From the NCBI GenBank assembly GCA_016794145.1, contig JAEUKP010000008.1:21199-85198 (forward strand): a stretch of 64,000 bases of DNA. The letters run 5' to 3'. A program made the position numbers and the translations under genes. The notes beneath the pieces are model-generated. The model made no database searches and was not told where the DNA came from. It worked only from the letters and a program-made list of their open reading frames with translations. Positions within the stretch are counted from its first letter, which is position 1. Each line of letters begins with the position of its first letter. Positions 18,278 to 27,096 of the stretch are shown here, piece after piece. The stretch is from Alphaproteobacteria bacterium (GTDB taxonomy: Bacteria > Pseudomonadota > Alphaproteobacteria > Micavibrionales > Micavibrionaceae).

Positions 18278-19639
18278 ATGACCAACGCCGCTGCCAAACA
18301 ACACCCGCTGTTTCCCGATCAACCGGACTTTCTTTCCATTGATCCGCATGCCGTGATTAAGGCATCGGAATTGGATAAAATCCGTGTTCAGGGCGGCACG
18401 GTTCTGAACGGGAATATTCCCATCAGTGGCGCGAAAAATGCGGCTCTCAAACACCTGTGCGCCTCGATGCTCACCGGGGATCCCGTGCAATTCACCAACA
18501 TGCCGTGCAGCTTGCAAGATATTCGCACCCTTGCCGCCCTGATGAAAGAAATGGGGGTATCCATCGGGTTGCGCAGCGATGGCGTGGCCATTATCAACGC
18601 CAACAATATTACCTCGACCGAGGCTCCGTATGATTTGGTGCGCAAAATGCGCGCCAGCATTCTGGTGATGGGCCCGTTGCTGGGCCGCATGGGCGAAGCG
18701 ACTGTCTCGCTGCCGGGGGGATGTTCGATTGGCACACGTCCGATTGACCTGCATCTGGACGGCTTCCGTGCCATGGGCGCAGACATCACCTTGGACGAAG
18801 GCTATGTCAGGGCGAAAGCCCCGGCCGGAGGCCTACGCGGGGCGCGGATTTTATTCCCGAAAGTATCGGTCGGTGCCACGGAAAATGTGATGATGGCCGC
18901 CACGCTGGCCAAGGGCGAAACCGTTCTGGTCAATGCGGCCCGCGAACCGGAAATCGTGGATCAAGGCGAAGCTCTGATCAAAATGGGGGCCAAAATCTCG
19001 GGGCTTGGGACATCCGAAATCCGGATCGAAGGCGTACCTTACCTGCATGGCATGACGCATGACGTGATTGCCGATCGCATCGAAACCGGAACCTTTATGA
19101 TTGCGGTAGCACTGACAGGTGGAACAGTCCGTTTGCAAAAAACCCGCACCGATTTCCTGACGTCCCTCATTGCGCCACTCAACCGCGCTGGCGTGACCAT
19201 CGAAGAAGATGGACAGGATGTCATTGTTCACCGCAACGGAAAACCTTTGGTCGGTACCGATATTATGACCGAGCCATATCCTGGCTTTGCCACCGATCTG
19301 CAGGCCCAGTTTATGACGATGCTCACCATGTGCGAAGGCGCAGGGATGGTGACCGAGACAATCTTTGAAAACCGCTTTATGCACGTGCCGGAATTGCAAC
19401 GCATGGGCGCCAACATTACAGTTCATGGCAACACGGCGTTGGTGCGCGGTGTCAAGAAATTAAAAGGCGCCGAAGTGATGGCGACCGATCTCCGTGCATC
19501 CGTCTCCCTCATTCTGGCGGGTCTGGTGGCCGAAGGCGAAACGATTGTGGATCGCATCTACCACCTGGATCGGGGCTATGAGAACCTCACGGGCAAACTT
19601 GTATCTTGCGGTGCCAAAGTTGAACGGATAGAATCCTGA
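18278..19639 (+). CDS. murA: UDP-N-acetylglucosamine 1-carboxyvinyltransferase
   Basis: ISGAKNAALKHLCASML...LPGGCSIGTRPIDLHL contains the catalytic Cys loop. Length is 453 aa. Confidence 0.95.
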   Translation: MTNAAAKQHPLFPDQPDFLSIDPHAVIKASELDKIRVQGGTVLNGNIPISGAKNAALKHLCASMLTGDPVQFTNMPCSLQDIRTLAALMKEMGVSIGLRSDGVAIINANNITSTEAPYDLVRKMRASILVMGPLLGRMGEATVSLPGGCSIGTRPIDLHLDGFRAMGADITLDEGYVRAKAPAGGLRGARILFPKVSVGATENVMMAATLAKGETVLVNAAREPEIVDQGEALIKMGAKISGLGTSEIRIEGVPYLHGMTHDVIADRIETGTFMIAVALTGGTVRLQKTRTDFLTSLIAPLNRAGVTIEEDGQDVIVHRNGKPLVGTDIMTEPYPGFATDLQAQFMTMLTMCEGAGMVTETIFENRFMHVPELQRMGANITVHGNTALVRGVKKLKGAEVMATDLRASVSLILAGLVAEGETIVDRIYHLDRGYENLTGKLVSCGAKVERIES

Positions 19640-19647
19640 CATTTCAA

Positions 19648-20349
19648 ATGAATCAGAATATTGCCCAGTCTGTGCCTCCTCCGCCGCATCATAGCGGCCA
19701 TCGGGATCGTCTGCGCGAACGTTTTGTCAAAGGCGGGGTTGAGGCTTTGGCCGATTACGAGATTCTGGAACTGATCCTGTTTCTGGCGCTCCCCCGCCGC
19801 GATGTCAAACCTTTGGCAAAAAAACTGATCCAGTCTTTCGGGTCCCTGAATAAGGTTTTTCATGCGTCCATCCCCGATCTTATTTCTTTTGGGCTTTCTG
19901 AAAATACAGCCATTTCGATCAAGATGATCGAAGCAGCCTCTTTTCAGCTCATGAAAAAAGATATGATCGGACAAACAGTTCTCAACAGTTGGTCCAAATT
20001 AATCGACTACGTTCAGGCAACGATGGCCCATGAACAGAAAGAACATTTCAGGCTTCTGTTTTTGAATAAAAAAAATGAATTGATTGCGGATGAGGTTCAA
20101 CAAACCGGAACCGTGGACCACACACCGGCTTACCCGCGCGAGATTGTTAAACGCGCGCTGGAACTATCATCCACTGCTATCATTCTTGTTCACAACCACC
20201 CGAGCGGTGATTCAACACCAAGCAAAGGCGATATTGATATGACCCAAGCAATTATCGCGGCGGCCAAACCTTTGGGTATTGTAATTCATGATCATCTGGT
20301 TGTTTCAAAAAAGGGTGTCGCATCTTTAAAAAACAAGGGACTGATGTAA
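19648..20349 (+). CDS. radC: RadC-family JAB-domain protein
   Basis: GHRDRLRERF...LELILF (HhH region) and the C-terminal JAMM motif ILVHNHPSGDSTPSKGDIDMT. Confidence 0.9.
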   Translation: MNQNIAQSVPPPPHHSGHRDRLRERFVKGGVEALADYEILELILFLALPRRDVKPLAKKLIQSFGSLNKVFHASIPDLISFGLSENTAISIKMIEAASFQLMKKDMIGQTVLNSWSKLIDYVQATMAHEQKEHFRLLFLNKKNELIADEVQQTGTVDHTPAYPREIVKRALELSSTAIILVHNHPSGDSTPSKGDIDMTQAIIAAAKPLGIVIHDHLVVSKKGVASLKNKGLM

Positions 20350-20447
20350 TCCCTGATAAGGTCGTGTGTTCTTTTATTCAAATTGGTTATAGATTTAGGG
20401 CATATCATCAATAGGGGCTGTAGAAAACGCAGAGAGTTTTTACTCCA

Positions 20448-20526
20448 CCCGTCATTCCGGCGAAAGCCGGAATCTTGAATCTGTTGAAATCAAAGAGATA
20501 CCAGCTTTCGCTGGTATGACGATAAG
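20448..20526. repeat. second palindromic repeat family (double hairpin GTCATTCCGGCGAAAGCCGGAATC ... GATACCAGCTTTCGCTGGTATGAC)
   Basis: Nearly identical to the reverse complement of 53542-53620, with a few mismatches by hand alignment. An inverted pair of the TTCTTCGTGGTT-type box follows at 20554-20580. Confidence 0.85.
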
Positions 20527-20657
20527 TGTTTCCAGAGGTGGCGTATAAGATTGAACCACGAAAGAAACTTCTTCGTAGGTCAAAAAGCGCGAGTTTCCTG
20601 ACAAAATCTGTCAATTCATGACACGCCCTAACGCCTTCCTAAAATGCTCTCTCTTTT

Positions 20658-21221
20658 TTATGGTTTTGGTCCCGATGTTTTGTAACAATAAATTGACGTG
20701 TTACAAAAATATCGGGATAAGCGATCTTCAGAATCCGCAACCCATTCAGGTATTGGGAATGCACAAGAAATAATACATTTACCTGCCCCTAATGTTGAAA
20801 ATAAAGGAGCCAACTGTTTCATATGATTCGGTGAAAGATAACAAAAAACAATATCTGCATCGGATATATTTTGGTTCAAAAAATTCGTGCTATAGACTGT
20901 GATATTTTTCGATCTCATCCACCCTCTTATTTTGGATAGAATAAAAGGACAAGGTGAGATTTCGTATCCCACAACTTCGGAATTGGGAAACAAATTGGAC
21001 AATGCAATCAAAACGCCCCCCCATCCGGACCCTAAGTCAATGATCTTATACGAACCATTTCTGTCGAATGTGTCTGGAATAAGGCTCAGCGCTCTATTCC
21101 GCACATGCCTTAATGTCGGGGCGGGCACAACCTTTGTCTTCCTTTCGGCATGAAACGAAATCAAAACAGAGATCATAATAACCAAGAGCAGAACAACATA
21201 TATAAGTTCAAAAATAGACAT
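20658..21221 (-). CDS. membrane-anchored class I SAM-dependent methyltransferase
   Basis: N-terminal TM helix (IYVVLLLVIMISVLISF), motif I IIDLGSGWGG and post-I VVGYEISP. The short seven-beta-strand core ends in CAFPIPEW. Confidence 0.7.
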   Translation of the reverse strand: MSIFELIYVVLLLVIMISVLISFHAERKTKVVPAPTLRHVRNRALSLIPDTFDRNGSYKIIDLGSGWGGVLIALSNLFPNSEVVGYEISPCPFILSKIRGWMRSKNITVYSTNFLNQNISDADIVFCYLSPNHMKQLAPLFSTLGAGKCIISCAFPIPEWVADSEDRLSRYFCNTSIYCYKTSGPKP

Positions 21222-21546
21222 TTAGAATCTTTCCTAACCATGGGACTCTATCACATATATGCTGTTAATATCTTTCATTAAAAATGTGAGTGTTTCAGCC
21301 TCTTGATTCCCCTCGACAGATGAGAGAACTTGAAATTCCTTATCAGGTCATTTCAAAAATTTATAATGCAATGACATCAACACAATAACACCTTACAACA
21401 GCCATACAAAAACTGCATAACTTATATAAATAATAATTATATCTTGAATAAAAATGAATTTCGATACGCGCCGTCATGAATCTTTGACTCGTATCGCCAA
21501 AAGGCGTATATTCTTCATTATTCATTAGGATTTATTGGAGGCTATC

Positions 21547-22308
21547 ATGGCTTTATTTCAAAATGCGTCCAAAGCCCTTAGAAAATGGGGCCCAGCTGCT
21601 TTAACAACTTTCTTTATGGCAGCCAATGCCAATGCTGCTGATACAAACGTTCCCATTAAACTTACTTGTTACACAAAGCCTGAGGATATTGCTGCTGTTA
21701 AAAAAACAATTACTGAAGATCTCGGTATGATAGCAACCACATCGCATTTCACAAATGCTGGGACAAATGACACTCCGAACTGGGCCATGGCGACTCTTAT
21801 GCGGAATCCTGAGACTAGAAAAGGCTACGAGTGGATTCGCCGCGGAGATGGCCATGTCTGCATTTCAAAAAGCTACAGCAATATTGAGCTGTACCTCAAT
21901 ACTCAACTCAATAGTAAGGCATTCCTAGATAAAAAATCTGCCCCAAAAGCAGACGACGTTGGTAACGGCAAAGATATTTCTGAAAGTGGCATAAATGCGG
22001 TACTAATAGCTAGTGCCCAAAATGGTGAATTTCCAATGTATCGTGGCGATGTGAATGATATTATTGGCTCTCGTATTCGTGGCGTTGCTCAATCAAGGTC
22101 ACCTATACAATACACTGAATATCTAGTTGCAAACCCAAATACAGGAGAAGGTACTGTCCTAGCATCTAGGTTTAATGGTCTAGTGATTAAAGAGTATACA
22201 AGTGTCGTAGGAACACCAGAAAAAGATGGTGTCAAGTTTGGGGCTATTTTCACTCCTGCTGGTCAGCAGATTGTTGACCTAATGAGATCTCCTCTTGCCC
22301 TTAGATGA
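21547..22308 (+). CDS. hypothetical secreted protein (orphan)
   Basis: GGAG lies 6 nt before ATG 21547. The signal peptide is MALFQNASKALRKWGPAALTTFFMAANANA|AD. No family recognised. Confidence 0.6.
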   Translation: MALFQNASKALRKWGPAALTTFFMAANANAADTNVPIKLTCYTKPEDIAAVKKTITEDLGMIATTSHFTNAGTNDTPNWAMATLMRNPETRKGYEWIRRGDGHVCISKSYSNIELYLNTQLNSKAFLDKKSAPKADDVGNGKDISESGINAVLIASAQNGEFPMYRGDVNDIIGSRIRGVAQSRSPIQYTEYLVANPNTGEGTVLASRFNGLVIKEYTSVVGTPEKDGVKFGAIFTPAGQQIVDLMRSPLALR

Positions 22309-22315
22309 AAAATAA

Positions 22316-23287
22316 CTACATGAATGCTTGGGCACTGGCTTGAACTTTTGCGATGGTTGTTACACCCTCCATCTCTTTTTCTCGTTCTCGCCAGTTTTCT
22401 CTTTGATTTTCTGAGGTTCGTATTGCACTTGAATAGTTGTATACGGAAGTCAACCCTACAGTTTTGGGAAGATCGTCCCTTGCACTTGCAGCCACATAAG
22501 ACACACGGTTTTGGGAGGCTTCCTCTTCCTGAATTTTTTCTCTTATAGCCGTCACCGTCCCATTAGAAACCCCTTGCAGATTTCTAATTTTATCAGCCAT
22601 ATCCTGATTGTGTTTAACTGTTGCATCCAACCCTTTCTTATCAACATAATTTACGGCCTCTTGCGCCACAACTCGAAACTCTTGAGAACTCTGGATCTGA
22701 CGAAGACGGTGCTGCTCTTCTTCAGTTAGTTTTTTGCCATCCTGCTCTTTCTTTTTGAGTTCAATATATTCATTTAACTCTTTCATACCCTTGTCAATTT
22801 TCTCTTTGTCTTTGGGGTATTTACCTGTCAGCCGAGACCTTAATTCCTTTTGCTTTTCAGGATCACTGATGAAATCAATCATTCTTGCCAAATCATGCCC
22901 GGACATTCTGATACCACCAAAATCATGATCTGGCTTGTTTAACCACGCATCACGTCTTGCGGACTCAGCTTCACGATAACGATCCGCTTCCTCTCTTTTA
23001 TTTTCCTTCGCTTCTTCTCTGCGCTCGCGTCCTGCCGCCGTGACTATACGCCCATCATCCCCACCCCCTTTTCCGAGAGCGGCGCCATTTTCTTCAGCCA
23101 CTTGCTTGGCACTCTCCCTTTCTGCCGTTTCAACCCCCGGATCAGGAGAGAAAACCTGTGCGTCTAATGAAGGCTCTCCACCCTGAGCAGCGAGAGAATC
23201 CTCGGCTTGCGCGACGTCAACAGGAGCCTCGCCAAGCATCCCTATTTCTGTCTCGACAACCGAGATGTCTTCAAAATCGTCTGCCAC
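22316..23287 (-). CDS. hypothetical protein, highly charged with predicted coiled coil (orphan)
   Basis: 323 aa with an acidic N-terminus and Lys/Glu/Arg-rich helical stretches (REEAKENKREEADRYREAESARR; KELNEYIELKKKEQDGKKLTEEEQHRLRQ). No signal peptide. Confidence 0.55.
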   Translation of the reverse strand: MADDFEDISVVETEIGMLGEAPVDVAQAEDSLAAQGGEPSLDAQVFSPDPGVETAERESAKQVAEENGAALGKGGGDDGRIVTAAGRERREEAKENKREEADRYREAESARRDAWLNKPDHDFGGIRMSGHDLARMIDFISDPEKQKELRSRLTGKYPKDKEKIDKGMKELNEYIELKKKEQDGKKLTEEEQHRLRQIQSSQEFRVVAQEAVNYVDKKGLDATVKHNQDMADKIRNLQGVSNGTVTAIREKIQEEEASQNRVSYVAASARDDLPKTVGLTSVYNYSSAIRTSENQRENWREREKEMEGVTTIAKVQASAQAFM

Positions 23288-23536
23288 GTTCTATCCCCCT
23301 CAGAATAGACATAAAGTATTGGGATTCACCACCAAAAGACGTGATTCTTACCCACACCCTCAGTTTAACGCGCAAATGTTAAGAAATATTATGTTAATTG
23401 ATAAAATTTGAATAAAATTTGATAGACTATTCCACAAAAAGCAGAAAGCCATTGAATATCATAGTGTTAGCATATGTTAGAAAAAGATATCCTGAGGGGG
23501 ATATATGTGGACTTAAACCCTTTTTCTATACTTCCA

Positions 23537-23728
23537 TTATATCAAGTATACACAAAAAAACAAGTCTTTTTTACACATCCTATAGCTGAACCAAATAAGA
23601 ATGATTGAAAGATTTCCGAACCTCCGCAATCCCGTCGTATAAAAATATCCACGTGCGGATAAATGCCTCCCCCAAACAATCTGGTAGCGATAATAAACAA
23701 CCGCATAACTCCCAATGCGGGGGTTCAT
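23537..23728 (-). CDS. small hypothetical protein (63 aa), aromatic/Arg-rich with a hydrophobic tail
   Basis: Near-ideal SD: the minus strand reads AAGGAGAatagtctATG. The product is MNPRIGSYAVVYYRYQIVWGRHLSARGYFYTTGLRRFGNLSIILIWFSY... Confidence 0.35.
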   Translation of the reverse strand: MNPRIGSYAVVYYRYQIVWGRHLSARGYFYTTGLRRFGNLSIILIWFSYRMCKKDLFFCVYLI

Positions 23729-23971
23729 AGACTATTCTCCTTAAAATGGCCAAAGCCTCTTTCCAGCTAAAAACCAAGGTTTTTCTCGTCTAAAAAGAGA
23801 CAATAAAAATCTTGAACATTACTCAAAATCGACCTATTATCTTCCCATAAAAATTAAAAAGTTGGTTGAATACAAAAATTATGCTCAAAAAAAGTTGAAA
23901 GAAACCATCCAAAATTGGTTTGGCTATATTGGCTATATTAAGTTCTTATCATTATATACAGGGAACAAATT

Positions 23972-25003
23972 ATGACACTAAAAAAACCAAGCATTTATGC
24001 TCTTGCCTTTGCCCTTGCCTCTACACCTATACTACAGACCCAAAATGCATATGCACAAAACAGCCAGATAAATGTCCACGAAACTCATTGCATTCAAAAA
24101 AGTCCGAAAGATATTTATAGCTTCTCAACGTTGTCCGTATATTTAAGCTCATGCATGTATGCGTTCAACAGAACAAGATCCCCAGCTATCGCGTGGAATG
24201 CAGCATGGGGACAACTTCAAATGGCAGCACATTACCACTACTTTAAAAAACCATTCCCATCTAATTATAATTATATTAGAGAGGCAACCTTACTTACAAA
24301 CAAGCTTAGAGCTTCCCAATATTATAATGTGACTCCACTAGATGAAGCTATAGAAAGAATAACCGCAAATCATCGCCAATATCAACCTCTTAATTCCGCA
24401 TCTGGCACAGACACCTCTACAGAGGCAAAATGTGTTTATGGCGTAACAGATGACGAAGCAAGTTTTAGAAATTGGTTTTCTCAATGCGCTACAGCATATA
24501 ATCAGAACCAGAACCCTTATTTAGCCCAATTATACGGGACTGCACTCGCAATGAATGCCAACATTTTATATGAGCGCGGAAACCCAGGAGAGGCCAAAAA
24601 ATATTTCGAGACAAGCAAACGTTTTGAAGCTTATGCCGACAGCATGGGCTGGAGCACCCCACCATTCAAAGAGATAGTCGGAATGGTACAAAGAAAACTA
24701 GATCCTAACAGCCCCAATAATCCAGCCGTCGCTCAGCAAGAAAGTCAAAAATCTGGTCTAACGGCTGCTCAAAAAGGAGCCTTTGCGGTGGGCGCATTGG
24801 TTTTATTTGGCCTGCTGTTTGGAGGAAGCTCTGGATCAGAAAATACATCCTCTGGGCAGTATGGCGATCCAGGCGAATTCCAACGTGAACGCGAACAGAA
24901 TGAGGCAAGGGCTAGGAATGAACGAAGACATGAGCCCCAGGAACAACGCTCATATGGCCTACACGGCGACTGTCCAGGACCAGGCATGGGCTATAGGTGT
25001 TAG
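23972..25003 (+). CDS. hypothetical secreted/membrane-tethered protein (orphan)
   Basis: Signal peptide MTLKKPSIYALAFALASTPILQTQNAYA|Q. It has a C-terminal TM helix (GAFAVGALVLFGLLFGG) followed by a charged tail. Confidence 0.6.
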   Translation: MTLKKPSIYALAFALASTPILQTQNAYAQNSQINVHETHCIQKSPKDIYSFSTLSVYLSSCMYAFNRTRSPAIAWNAAWGQLQMAAHYHYFKKPFPSNYNYIREATLLTNKLRASQYYNVTPLDEAIERITANHRQYQPLNSASGTDTSTEAKCVYGVTDDEASFRNWFSQCATAYNQNQNPYLAQLYGTALAMNANILYERGNPGEAKKYFETSKRFEAYADSMGWSTPPFKEIVGMVQRKLDPNSPNNPAVAQQESQKSGLTAAQKGAFAVGALVLFGLLFGGSSGSENTSSGQYGDPGEFQREREQNEARARNERRHEPQEQRSYGLHGDCPGPGMGYRC

Positions 25004-25054
25004 ACCAAATCAAATTATTATGAGAGCATTATTGTTCTTCATTGGCCCGGTAAT

Positions 25055-25176
25055 CCTCCCTCACCCAACTCGGGCTGAAGGCTTAGAGCCTTAGGCCTCG
25101 GTTACCCTCTCTCCGGTGGAGCAAGGCGAGGAAGAAAAATTCCCGGCTAAAATTGAAATCATTTTATTTGAATTCT
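25055..25176. repeat. degenerate copy of the long palindromic element plus a shared tail
   Basis: CCTCCCTCACCCAACTCGGGCTGAAGGCTTAGAGCC... aligns with 47583-47680. The tail AAATTCCCGGCTAAAATTGAAATCATTTTATTTGAATTC aligns with 47682-47729. Confidence 0.65.
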
Positions 25177-25198
25177 CATATATCGGCTTGCGCCAAGA

Positions 25199-27067
25199 TT
25201 AAGACAATTGCTTTAGAATCATCAATGCACGATACATCACGTCATTTCCATCTTCGGACATAACTGATTCAGGATGAAATTGAAATCCAATCAATCGATC
25301 ACCTTGCATCACAATAATACGTCCATTTTCATCAAGATCATATCGGAGATCAACCCGCGCGCGCGCCTCATCCGTAAAGACAGGCGAAAACGAGTTATAA
25401 AAACCAAGCCGCCGCATTTGACCAAAGACCCTCACCTGGCGCTGTAATCCCTGCGTTGATTCATCTTGACGCTTAACAATTAAGCCCTCGTTGACCGCGA
25501 TTGCCTGGTGCCCCAGGCAAATACCCAATATTGGCTTGCCTGATTTTTTAAGATGCGTGATGATTCCCTGCAATTTTTTCATACGAGGATGATTCATATC
25601 TGTCGGATCTCCGGGCCCTGGGCCAAGAACAATAATATCGCTCTCATCCTTTTTGAAATCATACTCAAACGTATCGACAACCGTTACAATTGCACCAGAA
25701 ATTCTGATCATATGCCCAATCATATGCGCGAAATCATCCTCGTTATTGATGATCGTTACCTTAAATCCATTGAGATTATGCTGAGATGCGGCATAAGGAT
25801 TTTGTCGTTCCATCCAAAACGCCGATAATTTTTTATTTCTTTCTGCTAATAACGGCGCATATTTCCTACGTAGGTCGGATGATAAATATTCATCACTGGT
25901 GATTGTTGCCCCTGTCATCACCCCCATCATTCCCATAGCTTTGGCGCGGGATTCCTGGGCCTCTTCCTCTGGGACAGAATCACGCACCAATCCCCCACCC
26001 GCCTGAACATGAAATGTTCCGTCCCCAAACATTTCTGCGGTCCGAATAAGAATAGCCGTATCAATATCACCATACATATCCGACCGACGGGGGGCAAAAT
26101 AAACACCAATTTCTGCACCATAATAACGACGCGATGTTTTTTCATACTTGGCAATAATCCGCGCGGCACTTTGCAACGGCGACCCGACTACTGTCGGCGC
26201 ATGCATCGCCCTTCGCAAAGCATCAATCGAATTGGCAGACCGTCGCCCCACCAGTTCATATTCTGTATGAACAACGGCGCCTATCTCACGGAGATACGGG
26301 CCATAAACATCGCCACCCTCTGGCGCGATGACTCCCATAATCTTCATCTCCTCATCAACAACCTGGAACAACTCATTGATTTCTTTTGGATCTTTTAAAA
26401 ACCGCTCCAGTCGCCCTTCAAAACTGGCCTGATCCTCCTTGCGAAGAGTCCCCGCAATAGGAATCATAATCGTTTCATTTCCGGTTACTTCAATATGACG
26501 TTCAGGTGTTGCCCCGATCAAATATTGGCTTTTGAATGGATCAGATGGGTGCACATTTCCAAACAAAATGGTCATATACTGTCCACGCGATAGCAATAAT
26601 TTACGATAAATAGCCAATAGAACATCGATATCGAGCCCATTTACTTTGCCGAAAAATTTACGTGAAATTGTTGTTTGCGATGCATTCCCCCCCCCGATTT
26701 CATTGACCTGAAAATCTTTGATCAATTGAATATACTCTGGATCGGATATAGAGGGGGTCATCTCCCCTTCTAGACTGATCGGGATATCTTTAATTTGCGC
26801 GATCACATCCGCTTTATCCCATGTCATTGACCGTCGAACAGTCATCGCCAGAATAGGCTCATCCCCCAACGCATCAAACCCACGTTCACGCAGACATCGG
26901 TATGGAAGAGCAAAAACAACATCTCTGGTTTCTGCAACTGATAAAGCATGAATATCGTCCAAATATTCAAGAGAATGAAGATCCCCCTGATAAAAGGTCA
27001 CACGCCCTGCTTTTTCAATCACAGCAAATGGCGCCTGAAAATTGATAAAATCATGAAAACTTTTCAT
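25199..27067 (-). CDS. fused chorismate-utilising enzyme and class I glutamine amidotransferase (TrpE-TrpG / PhzE-type; anthranilate or 2-amino-2-deoxyisochorismate synthase)
   Basis: N-terminal chorismate-binding domain (GATPERH...IAGT.R...VVDEEMKIMG...HTEYELVG...APTVVGSPL...RRYYGAEIG...DTAILIRTA). C-terminal GATase (ILGICLGHQA...FQFHPES). Length of 622 aa, and I see no LLES-type Trp-feedback motif. Confidence 0.75.
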   Translation of the reverse strand: MKSFHDFINFQAPFAVIEKAGRVTFYQGDLHSLEYLDDIHALSVAETRDVVFALPYRCLRERGFDALGDEPILAMTVRRSMTWDKADVIAQIKDIPISLEGEMTPSISDPEYIQLIKDFQVNEIGGGNASQTTISRKFFGKVNGLDIDVLLAIYRKLLLSRGQYMTILFGNVHPSDPFKSQYLIGATPERHIEVTGNETIMIPIAGTLRKEDQASFEGRLERFLKDPKEINELFQVVDEEMKIMGVIAPEGGDVYGPYLREIGAVVHTEYELVGRRSANSIDALRRAMHAPTVVGSPLQSAARIIAKYEKTSRRYYGAEIGVYFAPRRSDMYGDIDTAILIRTAEMFGDGTFHVQAGGGLVRDSVPEEEAQESRAKAMGMMGVMTGATITSDEYLSSDLRRKYAPLLAERNKKLSAFWMERQNPYAASQHNLNGFKVTIINNEDDFAHMIGHMIRISGAIVTVVDTFEYDFKKDESDIIVLGPGPGDPTDMNHPRMKKLQGIITHLKKSGKPILGICLGHQAIAVNEGLIVKRQDESTQGLQRQVRVFGQMRRLGFYNSFSPVFTDEARARVDLRYDLDENGRIIVMQGDRLIGFQFHPESVMSEDGNDVMYRALMILKQLS

Positions 27068-27096
27068 TTTAAATCTCTATTCATATATTTAAGAAC

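Noticed and set aside
20408-20614. 68-aa minus-strand ORF (…FKIPAFAGMTGG…)
   Set aside because: It is the translation of the double-hairpin repeat. The same peptide-like string would arise wherever the repeat occurs.
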